Sequence record: MT366760.1
Reading direction: 5' to 3' (one strand)
Length of the DNA stretch: 64,000 bases
Shown one piece after another: positions 55,395 to 64,000 of the stretch (the stretch's first letter is position 1; the number at the start of each line of letters is the position of its first letter). The notes beneath the pieces are model-generated. The model searched no databases. It had not been told where the DNA came from and saw only the letters and a program-made list of their open reading frames with translations. The translations under genes were made by a program, and so were the position numbers.

Positions 55395-55622
55395 ATGTCT
55401 AAGACAAAGAAAGAGGTGGCGGCTGAAGCACAAGTGTCAGTCCAACCTCAAGTTGCTCAAATACGGTTGTGTTCCCTACATAATCGTATGAACTACGCAC
55501 AACCAGTTTCCTACAATGGCGATACACTCTTCGTTCCACCAAACGGTAGCGTTGATAAGGTCGTTGTAGAGCACCTCCCTGCCGAACTACCTCGTGGTAT
55601 TGTTCGTTCAGAAATTTACTAA
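55395..55622 (+). CDS. small hypothetical protein preceding the sheath
   Basis: GGAG RBS; tight packing. Confidence 0.6.
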   Translation: MSKTKKEVAAEAQVSVQPQVAQIRLCSLHNRMNYAQPVSYNGDTLFVPPNGSVDKVVVEHLPAELPRGIVRSEIY

Positions 55623-55643
55623 TACACGGTTGGAGATTAATAC

Positions 55644-58145
55644 ATGACTGCACCTAGAGTCACCATCCAAGAACGTGATTTATCAACCACCGTCCCATCG
55701 TTCCCAGGGGTTTATGGTTACATAAACTTACCTGGCGCGGTTCGAGGTCCGATTGATGACGCCACGTTAGTAACCTCCGAAGCTGAACTACTCCAGAAAT
55801 TTGCGGTTAACGACCGTATTGGTGTAGGATACGATTTAGCGTATTACTCAGCGGTAAATTACTTGCAGAAATCTAACAAGTTGTGGGTTACACGTACTGT
55901 CAACGGAGCCCTTTACGGTGGTATCATCGTTCCTAAGAATTCATCTACGGATTCAATCCGTGCTGTAACAGCAGGTTTCAGTGATCCTCAAACGTGGACG
56001 TTTACAACTGACGACTTATTCCTAATCTATGGTACTAACCCTGGGGCGTGGAATAACAGTATCTCGATTAAGATTAGTCAGAACACTGTTGAAGATCAAG
56101 CTAACTACCCCTTCGACATTCAGGTATATCATCTGAATGTTCTGGTGGAGACATTCACTGTATCCCGTAACAAAGATGCTAAGAATGGTTATGGTCAAAA
56201 TATGTATATCCAAGATGTGGTAGAGGGTTCCTCATACATTCGCGTATTGGATAATACAACCATTCCACTAGCAGAACGTCCTAAGTCAACTACACCTACA
56301 ACGCTGACATTCGCTGACATCTTCATTAGTCAGGCTTATCAATCAGCTAAAGCTGCCGTTGCTAAACAGCAATCCTTCTCAATCACTCAAGGTAACACTA
56401 AGGGTGTTGACGAAGTATACACAGTAGCAGGTGTTGACGTTACTATTCCTTCAACTGCTACTACGCCACAGACAGTTGCAACTACTATTGCTGCCGCTAA
56501 CTTTAGTTCAGTTACAGAGATTGATTCGGTTACGGCTATTGGTAACGTGATTACAATTACGTCTACTACAGCCGCAGGTGATTGGGCACTACCTGCGCTA
56601 CCAATCCCAGAAACAATTCAAACTTCTAACTACACTATCGAACAGGTATCAACTGTAACCGATAAGAAGATTATCAGCTTTACTGTTACTGCTGCTAATA
56701 CCTCAGGTGTTGTAGAAAACTTCGACTTAGCAGGTGTAACAACTGCGGTTGCTGCTTCTGCTACACTACCTGCTACGGTGGCTACTGCTATTGCTACAGC
56801 CAACTACTCAGGTGTATCAACAATCGAGAGTGTTGTGGCTTCTGGTGCTAAAGTAACAATTACGTTTACCCTAGCAGCAGGTGATGCTGCCAACCCCGCC
56901 AAAACAATACCGAGTACTATCCGTGCATCCGCTATCGGTGTATCTCGTGACTTTGCTGCTGAGGTTGCCGCTGTTCCACAGATCCAAAGCTTACGTGTTA
57001 CTGCTGCCAACTCATCTGGTCTACCAGAGACTATTTCCGTAGCGGGTGTTAATACTGTAGTATCGGAAACTGACGATACAGTTGGTGAGGTAGCTATCGC
57101 AGTAGCTGCAACCAACTACTCCTCAGTAACTACTATCGACTCCGTCAATGCTGTAGGTGATACGGTTACTTTCACTATGACTCAGACTGCTGCAAATGCT
57201 GCATTGCTCGTGGTTAGTGATGGTTCTCAACCCTACGGTATCTTCATTGAAAATGGTGATGATGGTGCCCCTGTAACTGATTCAGATTGTGTACTACAGC
57301 TTGATAAACTTGACGGTCGTCAGTGTACCTTGCTGTTGGATGGTGGTCGAACCACACCTGCTTATCAGAAAGCGCTTATCGCACTTGCTGAAAATCGTCA
57401 GGATTGTGTTGCTATATTGTCTACCCCATACTCTGCTGAAGTTTCATCGAACTTCATCAATGAGATCATCGACTACCGCGATACTCAGCTTAATGCTAAC
57501 AGCTCTTATGCTGCACTGTACACACCGCACGTTAAGATTCTGGATAAGTACAACGACCGTCAGATCTTTGTTGCACCAGATGGTTTCGTTGGTGCCGTTG
57601 TCAGCCAGACTGCGTCACAATACGAGCTATGGTATCCACCTGCGGGTTTCCGTCGCGGTATTCTAACAACCGCTTTGGACACTGCACGTCGCTTCTCAGA
57701 TGGTCACATGGATGCACTTTATGATAAAGGCATCAACCCTATTTGGTTCGCCAAGGGTCGTGGTATCGTTATTTGGGGTCAGAAAACTCTACTTAACCGC
57801 CCATCAACTCTTAACCGTTTAGGTCCTCGTTTCCTACTAATCGTAGTAGAACCCGCTATTAAGACTTCACTTGAAGACTACGTCTTCGAATTGAATACAG
57901 CGGCTACTCGACTAGAAGTCAAAACCTTGATTGACTCCTTCATGGAAAGCATCAAGGGTCGTAACGGTGTTTATGACTTCTACACGGTATGTGATGACTC
58001 TAACAACACCGCCAACGACATCGAGAATAACCGTATGAATGTATGGCTATTCCTGAAGCCAACACAATCAGCCGAATTTATCAAGTTCGTTCCTGTTGTT
58101 ACGCGCTTTGGTGTGGACTTCTCACAAGCCTTCGGTCAAGTATAA
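55644..58145 (+). CDS. contractile tail sheath protein with a three-repeat insertion
   Basis: APRVTIQERDLS, PGAWNNSI, AALYTPH, WYPPAG..RG, LYDKGINPI, IWGQKT, NRMNVWLFLKP. Confidence 0.92.
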   Translation: MTAPRVTIQERDLSTTVPSFPGVYGYINLPGAVRGPIDDATLVTSEAELLQKFAVNDRIGVGYDLAYYSAVNYLQKSNKLWVTRTVNGALYGGIIVPKNSSTDSIRAVTAGFSDPQTWTFTTDDLFLIYGTNPGAWNNSISIKISQNTVEDQANYPFDIQVYHLNVLVETFTVSRNKDAKNGYGQNMYIQDVVEGSSYIRVLDNTTIPLAERPKSTTPTTLTFADIFISQAYQSAKAAVAKQQSFSITQGNTKGVDEVYTVAGVDVTIPSTATTPQTVATTIAAANFSSVTEIDSVTAIGNVITITSTTAAGDWALPALPIPETIQTSNYTIEQVSTVTDKKIISFTVTAANTSGVVENFDLAGVTTAVAASATLPATVATAIATANYSGVSTIESVVASGAKVTITFTLAAGDAANPAKTIPSTIRASAIGVSRDFAAEVAAVPQIQSLRVTAANSSGLPETISVAGVNTVVSETDDTVGEVAIAVAATNYSSVTTIDSVNAVGDTVTFTMTQTAANAALLVVSDGSQPYGIFIENGDDGAPVTDSDCVLQLDKLDGRQCTLLLDGGRTTPAYQKALIALAENRQDCVAILSTPYSAEVSSNFINEIIDYRDTQLNANSSYAALYTPHVKILDKYNDRQIFVAPDGFVGAVVSQTASQYELWYPPAGFRRGILTTALDTARRFSDGHMDALYDKGINPIWFAKGRGIVIWGQKTLLNRPSTLNRLGPRFLLIVVEPAIKTSLEDYVFELNTAATRLEVKTLIDSFMESIKGRNGVYDFYTVCDDSNNTANDIENNRMNVWLFLKPTQSAEFIKFVPVVTRFGVDFSQAFGQV

Positions 58146-58157
58146 GGGGATTAGAAC

Positions 58158-58682
58158 ATGGCAGGTATTACACATGACAATGTCCGTGGTGTGGGTGACT
58201 ACGCTACTCTTGTCAAATGGAACTTCAAAGTTCTTAAAGCTCCGGCAGGAGTTACTACCCCACCTAACATCAACTTCCGCGTACTATCAACAGACGTCCC
58301 TAAAACGGACGCAGGTCAAACAACTGACATCTGGGTTCGTGGTCACCGTGTTCGCCAACCTGGTATCTACAAATCAATGGATACCTTCACAGTTACTCTA
58401 GCAGAAACTGTGGATAACGCAATCTCTACATGGATTCGCAATTGGCGTGAACAATGTTGGGCGACTAAGACTGGTATCCAAGCACTAAAATCTGACACTG
58501 AAGCAATCATTCAGATTGAACGTTTGAACCGTCAGAACACAGCTATTTGGCAATACACTTGCCACGGCGTGTTCCTAGAAGACTACGACCCAACAGGTGG
58601 TCCTTTGGATGGTGAAAACTCGGACATCTTACGTCCGACTATGACATTATCAATGGATTACTTCGAAGATAGCGCAGTCTAA
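58158..58682 (+). CDS. tail tube protein
   Basis: Follows the sheath; 174 aa; FTVTLAETVD..W.., PTMTLSMDYF. Confidence 0.8.
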   Translation: MAGITHDNVRGVGDYATLVKWNFKVLKAPAGVTTPPNINFRVLSTDVPKTDAGQTTDIWVRGHRVRQPGIYKSMDTFTVTLAETVDNAISTWIRNWREQCWATKTGIQALKSDTEAIIQIERLNRQNTAIWQYTCHGVFLEDYDPTGGPLDGENSDILRPTMTLSMDYFEDSAV

Positions 58683-58689
58683 AGTTGAG

Positions 58690-58725
58690 AAAAGCCCCTT
58701 TAGCTTCGGTTATTGGGGCTTTTTT
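58690..58725 (+). terminator. intrinsic terminator
   Basis: AAAAGCCCC/GGGGCTTTT plus T-tract. Confidence 0.8.
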
Positions 58726-58792
58726 ATCTTTATCAAAACGTAAAATTAAACTAATTCAATGGTAGCTTAATAAACAAAATACAGGGGCTCCT

Positions 58793-59320
58793 ATGGCTAA
58801 CGATAACTGTTTCCTTGAATCAATTGACCAATTAAGGTTGGTTGAATGGAATACTGACCACCTCTGGGATATCAGGTTACCTAACATTGATGCAAATAAG
58901 TTAGGTGAGTTACCCTCTTACTTTCAGAACTGGCTTCCAGTAATAGATATTGAAGAAAATCTAGCTACGATGAACACACAGAAGTTCGACTTGTACAATT
59001 CGAATACTTCTATACCCATCGGAACTGGTGAATTTGATATGACCCTCATCTTCGCTGACGACCATGAGAATAAGCTGTTAACTTACTTTAAGAACTGGAT
59101 AAACCGCGACATACTTGGAAGCAATAACCAAGGTAGGGTAACGCCCGTCTTTGATGCTGCACGCCAGATATGGGTACGCAAGTTAACCAGACAAAAAATA
59201 AATGTAGAAACTAGACGATACTGGGTGATACCCGAAGGGAGCGTAGACTTCTCAGGTAAATCACAATCCGAACTATCACAGTATCAGGTAAAACTAGTTG
59301 TAGTTGGAATCCCCGAATAA
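58793..59320 (+). CDS. tail-tube-like protein (tube initiator/baseplate)
   Basis: MTLIFADD..LLTYFKNW tube-fold pattern. Confidence 0.55.
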   Translation: MANDNCFLESIDQLRLVEWNTDHLWDIRLPNIDANKLGELPSYFQNWLPVIDIEENLATMNTQKFDLYNSNTSIPIGTGEFDMTLIFADDHENKLLTYFKNWINRDILGSNNQGRVTPVFDAARQIWVRKLTRQKINVETRRYWVIPEGSVDFSGKSQSELSQYQVKLVVVGIPE

Positions 59321-59332
59321 GGATTAACCATT

Positions 59333-60253
59333 ATGTTTTTAAGAAAAGATGAACCCTCAAAAGAAAATACCGAAAAGTTCACTGTTGATCTACCTAGTGA
59401 ACCAACAGACGAAATCGTAGAAACACCCAAAGCTGAGAACAAAGAAAATCCTAAGAAAGGTACATGGGTAGAAATAAATGGTCTACCCTCACGTAACTTA
59501 GCGTACCCAGAAGGGTCAATCGTTCGCTACCGTCCCTACAATTTCGACGAAATTGAAGATATCTCAGACTCCGAATTGAGTTTCGAAGACCACTACGAAA
59601 TGGTATTGAACGGGATTGAAACCGTAGGTTTTGATAAACGCGATTTAACCTTAGGTGATTTTCTATTCATCATGTTAAACCGCAAGATAACAACACTCGG
59701 CACAGATGAATTCGTCGTACACTTCTCTTATAATGGTGAAGCACACAAGCACATCATGAGAGTATTCGATGTGAAGTATGATGACATTGAAGCCCCTGAA
59801 CTACCTATCATTATTACAACGGGTGATGGTACGGAAGTTGAATTCATGCCGATAACCGTAGGTCAATACTTAGACTACATGGCGGATAAAGATAAACTTT
59901 CTAAAACTAAAGAAAGCAGAGCGCTGCTAGCTTGTGGTGTAACAAACTTAGATTTCTGGGATGCTTATAAACTCATTACAGAATCAATGGGTATGGATGC
60001 TAAGTACTTTGCTACTGTGGACAGACTACTTTACCACTCTATTCAGGACTTCCGCCTACCAGTAAAAGAATACGTTGATAATCCCAAGTATTCCGAAGAC
60101 CTAACTGATGAACAAAAAGAATTTATTCCTAAACAACTTGAGCAAATTAAGGAGTGGGTTAACATAGAGGTTAATGATGACTCTATGTTGCTCATGCCCT
60201 TTCGTCGCGAGGGAAGTGCTACAGGAGATGGTATTAGATTTGGCAAAGGCTAA
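59333..60253 (+). CDS. tail assembly chaperone / baseplate hub assembly protein (T4 gp26-like)
   Basis: LPSRNLAY, YRPY, LTLGDFLFIML.RKI; directly upstream of the tape measure. Confidence 0.55.
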   Translation: MFLRKDEPSKENTEKFTVDLPSEPTDEIVETPKAENKENPKKGTWVEINGLPSRNLAYPEGSIVRYRPYNFDEIEDISDSELSFEDHYEMVLNGIETVGFDKRDLTLGDFLFIMLNRKITTLGTDEFVVHFSYNGEAHKHIMRVFDVKYDDIEAPELPIIITTGDGTEVEFMPITVGQYLDYMADKDKLSKTKESRALLACGVTNLDFWDAYKLITESMGMDAKYFATVDRLLYHSIQDFRLPVKEYVDNPKYSEDLTDEQKEFIPKQLEQIKEWVNIEVNDDSMLLMPFRREGSATGDGIRFGKG

Positions 60254-60407
60254 TATCGGTGACATAACTGTGATACGTACTCTGTGTTTTAAGAAATGTA
60301 GAGAACTACAACAACGTATTATTGCACACGCCCAAAAAGACTTAGAAGAATCTAATCAGATGCTTCAAGCTCTATTTAAGTTGTTAGGTAAAATACCGAG
60401 AAGCTAA
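60228..60407 (+). CDS. small +1-frame ORF after the chaperone (separate gene or frameshift extension)
   Basis: Overlaps the 3' end of the chaperone; ends 13 nt before the tape measure ATG. Confidence 0.55.
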   Translation: MVLDLAKANIGDITVIRTLCFKKCRELQQRIIAHAQKDLEESNQMLQALFKLLGKIPRS

Positions 60408-60420
60408 GGGGTAATCAATA

Positions 60421-62721
60421 ATGGCATTCCGACCACAAGACGACCCTAGTATCATGGAGGATACTAAGGGTAAAGCTGTTGGTTCCTTTGCGTCTAGACT
60501 TGGCGCACGGGCGAAAGCAGCTAAGGACTTTGAGCCTATACGTAACTTGAATACATTAGGTGACAAAATAGCTAGCTCTCTGCCTACTGTATTACAAGGC
60601 TCAAAGTTACACGACCAATTAACCACCGTTCTTAGTTCCATCGACGTATCTAGCGCATTACTAGATACTGACAAAACCCTGAAAGATTTGCAAAAACGCA
60701 TGGACATGGCTGTAAAGAAAAATGATGTAGCCTTGCAGCAAAAAATACAGGAACAAATGGACGCGGTAGAACGCATATCTAATTTCCGTGACGGTGAAAA
60801 CAGAGAACTACTGGACAAAGTTCTTAACCGTGAGAAGTTGGATAAAGACCAAGCTTCAGAACTATTGGATACAGTTAAAGCTGTAACAGCCGACATAACT
60901 CAGGTATCCGATATCCGTTCAGTAAGTTCTTTGGACATGCTACGTCAATCTTCAAATGTGGTTGGTGACTCACGACTATCCTCGTCACACCGACGCCAAG
61001 TAGCTGATGACATGTATAGCTCTTTGCAGCAACAGGACTCACTGAAGCAAACACAAGAGCTAATGGACATTGGTAACATTCTGAAGTCTAGCGCAAAACT
61101 AACGGAAGATCAATTCCAACGTATCACGGGTGCACTGCAATCCTTAGAAGATACTGAGAAGTCAAAGCAAAAAGTTAACGAAAAAGTTCGTGAAACTCAG
61201 ATGCTTCTTAAGACAGCTAAGACAACAGAATCAAAAGACTACGCCATTCAGGAATTAAATAAAACACTTGAAAACTTCCCTGAATACATTGGTCAAGTAC
61301 AAGAGCTTCAACAATCTTATTCCGACGACGGTAAGATGAATGCTCACACCATGCGTAAAGTTACCAAGATTCTGGATAAACTTAACGCTGATACCACTGA
61401 AACAAAAACACTCTACACTCTTAATGAACTTAATGAAAAGTTCGATGCATCTATACTTAACAATGAAGAACTGAGTGAAGCCCTATCCAAGAACTCATTA
61501 AGTGAAAAGTTCATGGAGAACCCCGAGCTTATCTCTACTGGTCAAGGGTTAGCTAGTGGTGCCATATCTATGGTTCTACAATCTATGGGACTCGGTAACT
61601 TAGACGCAATGCTAGGTCTGAGTGACATGATAACTTCTGGTGCGGGTTCACTGCTATCAGTCGGTAGTGGTGCAATGCTTGGTAAGATGGCGGGTAAGGG
61701 TGGCATGTTGGGTTCAGCCGCTAAGATGCTCGGTCACTCCGATGATGACTCAGCTATGTCCTATAGGGAAGGCTACCGTGATGCAAACCAAGACACTCGT
61801 CGTACTCGTGACAAAAGAATGAGTCGCACTGGTCGTCGTGGTAAGGGTAAATTGGGTAGACTTGCTAGTAAGGTTGGTGGTAAATTAGGTTTTATAACCG
61901 CAGGTATGGATGGTGCTGCTGCCCTAGCTGATACTGCTGACCCACTTAGTTCACTACCCCTAAGCACAGGTGGCTCAGCTCCTATGACCACCGCTGCTAA
62001 AGGTTCATCCAAACTAGGTAAGCTTGGTAAGATGGCGGGTAAGCTAGGTGGTAAAGCACTTAAAGTACTCGGACCTTTGGGTATGCTCGCCTCAGTTGGT
62101 ATGGATGCTTTTTCTGGATGGGACGACGCTTCAGCTATCTCCGGTAAAGAACAAAAGGACTTATCATTCGGTGACAAAGCTCAAAGTTCATTAGCCTCCA
62201 TTGCTTCCGGTCTTACTTTCGGTATGGTAGACCCCGAAACCATGTTTAAAGGGATGGACTTCTTTACCAACAATTCTATGTTTGGAACAGAAGACAAACC
62301 CGCTACCATGAAGGAAGCAAACTTAGAAACTTCTAATGTGGTAATCAAAGCTGACTCACTAGAACCCATCGAACCCATCGCTGCTGTTGACCAAGGAATG
62401 ATGACTCAATCAATGAGGACACCTAAAGCTAAAGCAACGATGACTTCGATAGAAACTCCTAGTACAGCTCCACCGATGTCCGCCAATCAAATTGAAACTG
62501 AATCTAGGTCAGTACAACGACAGGCTAGCATGGCAGCAACTACCGCTCAGGTTACCGCTTCACAACAAGCGGGTAAAGAAGCAGCCCAAGCAACGAAAGA
62601 AACACCACCTGTTATCATGCAGGGTGGTAAGAAAGACGATGGTGGCGCAGGACTGGTACGTGCTAAACCACAAGTTGACGACATTTCAATTGCGGTTATG
62701 AATTCCGCCAATTATACATAG
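60421..62721 (+). CDS. tape measure-like protein
   Basis: Long helical N-terminus, Gly/Ala-rich hydrophobic segments (GKLGGKALKVLGPLGMLASVG), position. Confidence 0.7.
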   Translation: MAFRPQDDPSIMEDTKGKAVGSFASRLGARAKAAKDFEPIRNLNTLGDKIASSLPTVLQGSKLHDQLTTVLSSIDVSSALLDTDKTLKDLQKRMDMAVKKNDVALQQKIQEQMDAVERISNFRDGENRELLDKVLNREKLDKDQASELLDTVKAVTADITQVSDIRSVSSLDMLRQSSNVVGDSRLSSSHRRQVADDMYSSLQQQDSLKQTQELMDIGNILKSSAKLTEDQFQRITGALQSLEDTEKSKQKVNEKVRETQMLLKTAKTTESKDYAIQELNKTLENFPEYIGQVQELQQSYSDDGKMNAHTMRKVTKILDKLNADTTETKTLYTLNELNEKFDASILNNEELSEALSKNSLSEKFMENPELISTGQGLASGAISMVLQSMGLGNLDAMLGLSDMITSGAGSLLSVGSGAMLGKMAGKGGMLGSAAKMLGHSDDDSAMSYREGYRDANQDTRRTRDKRMSRTGRRGKGKLGRLASKVGGKLGFITAGMDGAAALADTADPLSSLPLSTGGSAPMTTAAKGSSKLGKLGKMAGKLGGKALKVLGPLGMLASVGMDAFSGWDDASAISGKEQKDLSFGDKAQSSLASIASGLTFGMVDPETMFKGMDFFTNNSMFGTEDKPATMKEANLETSNVVIKADSLEPIEPIAAVDQGMMTQSMRTPKAKATMTSIETPSTAPPMSANQIETESRSVQRQASMAATTAQVTASQQAGKEAAQATKETPPVIMQGGKKDDGGAGLVRAKPQVDDISIAVMNSANYT

Positions 62722-62730
62722 GGTAACATT

Positions 62731-63366
62731 ATGGCTGCATTCGACTTAGAATCCTTAAAGGAAGATCCCAACAAACAGGTGATACTAACAAACGGTAGTC
62801 TAACCGTAACCGGATATCTCGAACAGGATTTTGAGGTAGGGGGATCTGCTGTGTACGACAATCCTTTCGAACAATTTTTGGATGATAAATCAGCTAAGCT
62901 CCAACAGGCTGCTGCTATTGGTAATCAGTTTGGTATGACAGACATGAGTTCGTTTCAACTTAAATCTAGGTTGAACACAATATCATTGTGGACGGGTTCA
63001 GAAAGACCAACATTTAATATACCTTTCACACTTGTACGTAAGAGAGCAACTGACCAACCAGTAACAGCCGTTACAAGTCAGCTAACATCCTATCTATATC
63101 CAATAGCCGAAAGCGGATTAGAAGGTTTACTTTCCGCCCCAGGTGGTTACGCTACTGCCGAAGGTGGTAGTGCAACTGGTACGTGGACACTGAAGATTGG
63201 GCGTTGGTTCCGAGCAACAGGGTTAATACTACTTAACGCTAGTTTCACCCATAGCAAAGCTGTCACTACAGATGACTCCCCTCTTTACGCAACGGGAACT
63301 GTTTCAATGCAACCCTACCGTATGATTAGTGCATCTGAATTCCGTAACTACTTCCTAATCAAATAA
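62731..63366 (+). CDS. baseplate tube-like protein
   Basis: LWTGSERPTFNIPF, TLKIGRWF, ATGTVSMQPY. Confidence 0.55.
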   Translation: MAAFDLESLKEDPNKQVILTNGSLTVTGYLEQDFEVGGSAVYDNPFEQFLDDKSAKLQQAAAIGNQFGMTDMSSFQLKSRLNTISLWTGSERPTFNIPFTLVRKRATDQPVTAVTSQLTSYLYPIAESGLEGLLSAPGGYATAEGGSATGTWTLKIGRWFRATGLILLNASFTHSKAVTTDDSPLYATGTVSMQPYRMISASEFRNYFLIK

Positions 63367-63378
63367 AGGGGTTATACT

Positions 63379-63762
63379 ATGGCTTTTGTAATCAATGCTT
63401 CACTTAAAACTGAAGAACGATATGCCTTTGAAAAGTTCATGGAGAAAATAACTTCATCGGATAACTCACAGACGTATGACCCTTTTACATCACTGTTTCT
63501 AGCTAGACTACTTAAACTAGAACCTAACGGTGAAAGGTACGTAGGCGCTGTAGCTGAACAACGACCAGACCTATTATCCTACGAGATTTATAGGGACAAC
63601 CAATATTGGTCATTGCTACTCTACTACAACAACATATCAGACTTCAGGACACTGACAAGTGAATTACGGATAAGACATTTCGCCCTGAACGATTTAGAAA
63701 ATTTGTACTTCCGACTTCAAGCACTTAAGAAGAGTGATGTACCTCAATCAGTAAGGTTGTAA
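63379..63762 (+). CDS. baseplate wedge gp53/LysM-like protein
   Basis: RPDLLSYEIY..QYWSLLLYYNNI. Confidence 0.7.
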   Translation: MAFVINASLKTEERYAFEKFMEKITSSDNSQTYDPFTSLFLARLLKLEPNGERYVGAVAEQRPDLLSYEIYRDNQYWSLLLYYNNISDFRTLTSELRIRHFALNDLENLYFRLQALKKSDVPQSVRL

Positions 63763-63763
63763 C

Positions 63764-64000
63764 ATGATAGGAACTGAAGGTCAATGGTTGATGACTTTCT
63801 CAATTGGTGAAACACTAACTGATTTCATTAAAGGTGAAGACTTAACAGAATTCACACTGATTGAGAACGCGGGTGGTGGTCTACCAACATACGAATTAGT
63901 ATTTCAAACAAGTAACCCACTAGTTTTAGGTTACTTGAATGAGGGGCAAATAATCACAGTGTCCTATGGTAAGAATGCTAATGACTTGGTAGACTCATCA
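63764..64000 (+). CDS. probable baseplate hub protein, partial
   Basis: ATG at 63764 after AAGG; open to the window end (MIGTEGQWLMTFSIG..IENAGGGLPTYEL); position after the gp53-like gene. Confidence 0.55.
   Translation, partial: MIGTEGQWLMTFSIGETLTDFIKGEDLTEFTLIENAGGGLPTYELVFQTSNPLVLGYLNEGQIITVSYGKNANDLVDSS

Noticed and set aside
1-64000. CRISPR array, rRNA, integrase or IS transposase
   Set aside because: No regularly spaced 25-45 bp repeats, no rRNA-like tracts and no recognisable recombinase or transposase motifs were found by eye
1-64000. dpdA/tgt, folE, queD or queE in this window
   Set aside because: No matching motifs in any ORF; their presence elsewhere cannot be judged, so DNA as the target remains a hypothesis
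1-64000. Assignment to a named phage or genus
   Set aside because: Gene content recalls RSL1/Lu11/PaBG-type jumbo myophages and the codon bias suggests a gammaproteobacterial host, but this needs a database comparison that I cannot run

Overview
This window is a 64 kb segment of a large, tailed contractile (myovirus-type, probably jumbo) dsDNA phage genome. It is densely coding, with no rRNA and no CRISPR array seen. Layout: (i) 1-20.3 kb, minus strand: a SNF2-like helicase running off the left edge, HNH, NUDIX, NAD-dependent ligase, two HExxH proteases, an Acb1-like 2H phosphodiesterase, a Calx-beta protein and neck-type genes. Many of these share an N-terminal K-x-[IVL]-x-V-x-A-[SA] motif. 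(ii) 20.4-23.1 kb, plus strand: a PD-(D/E)xK endonuclease inserted into the 5' end of a RuvC-like resolvase, which has a synonymously recoded replacement 5' end. (iii) 23-43 kb, minus strand: kinase, sigma-like protein, GyrA/GyrB, then an 8-gene cluster (ArcS/DUF5591-like, QueC, divergent QueC, two FemAB-like GNATs, PurD-like ATP-grasp, lysine 2,3-aminomutase, RimI-like GNAT), with a catalytically dead ligase paralogue upstream. (iv) 43-50 kb: DHFR, UvrD, a basic protein, a 750 bp non-coding region, a PolA-fold protein, RNase H, a tRNA-like gene with an expanded anticodon loop and flanking structured RNA. (v) 51-64 kb, plus strand: scaffold, decoration, major capsid, sheath, tube, chaperone, tape measure and baseplate genes. 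The strongest candidate for an undescribed system is the 32.5-41.1 kb cluster, which looks like a 7-deazaguanine/(beta-)lysine hypermodification pathway. The second is a capsid-targeting-like N-terminal signal on a set of enzymes including an anti-CBASS homologue. All family calls come from motif recognition by eye; no searches were run. Several start codons were adjusted from the ORF track using Shine-Dalgarno position.
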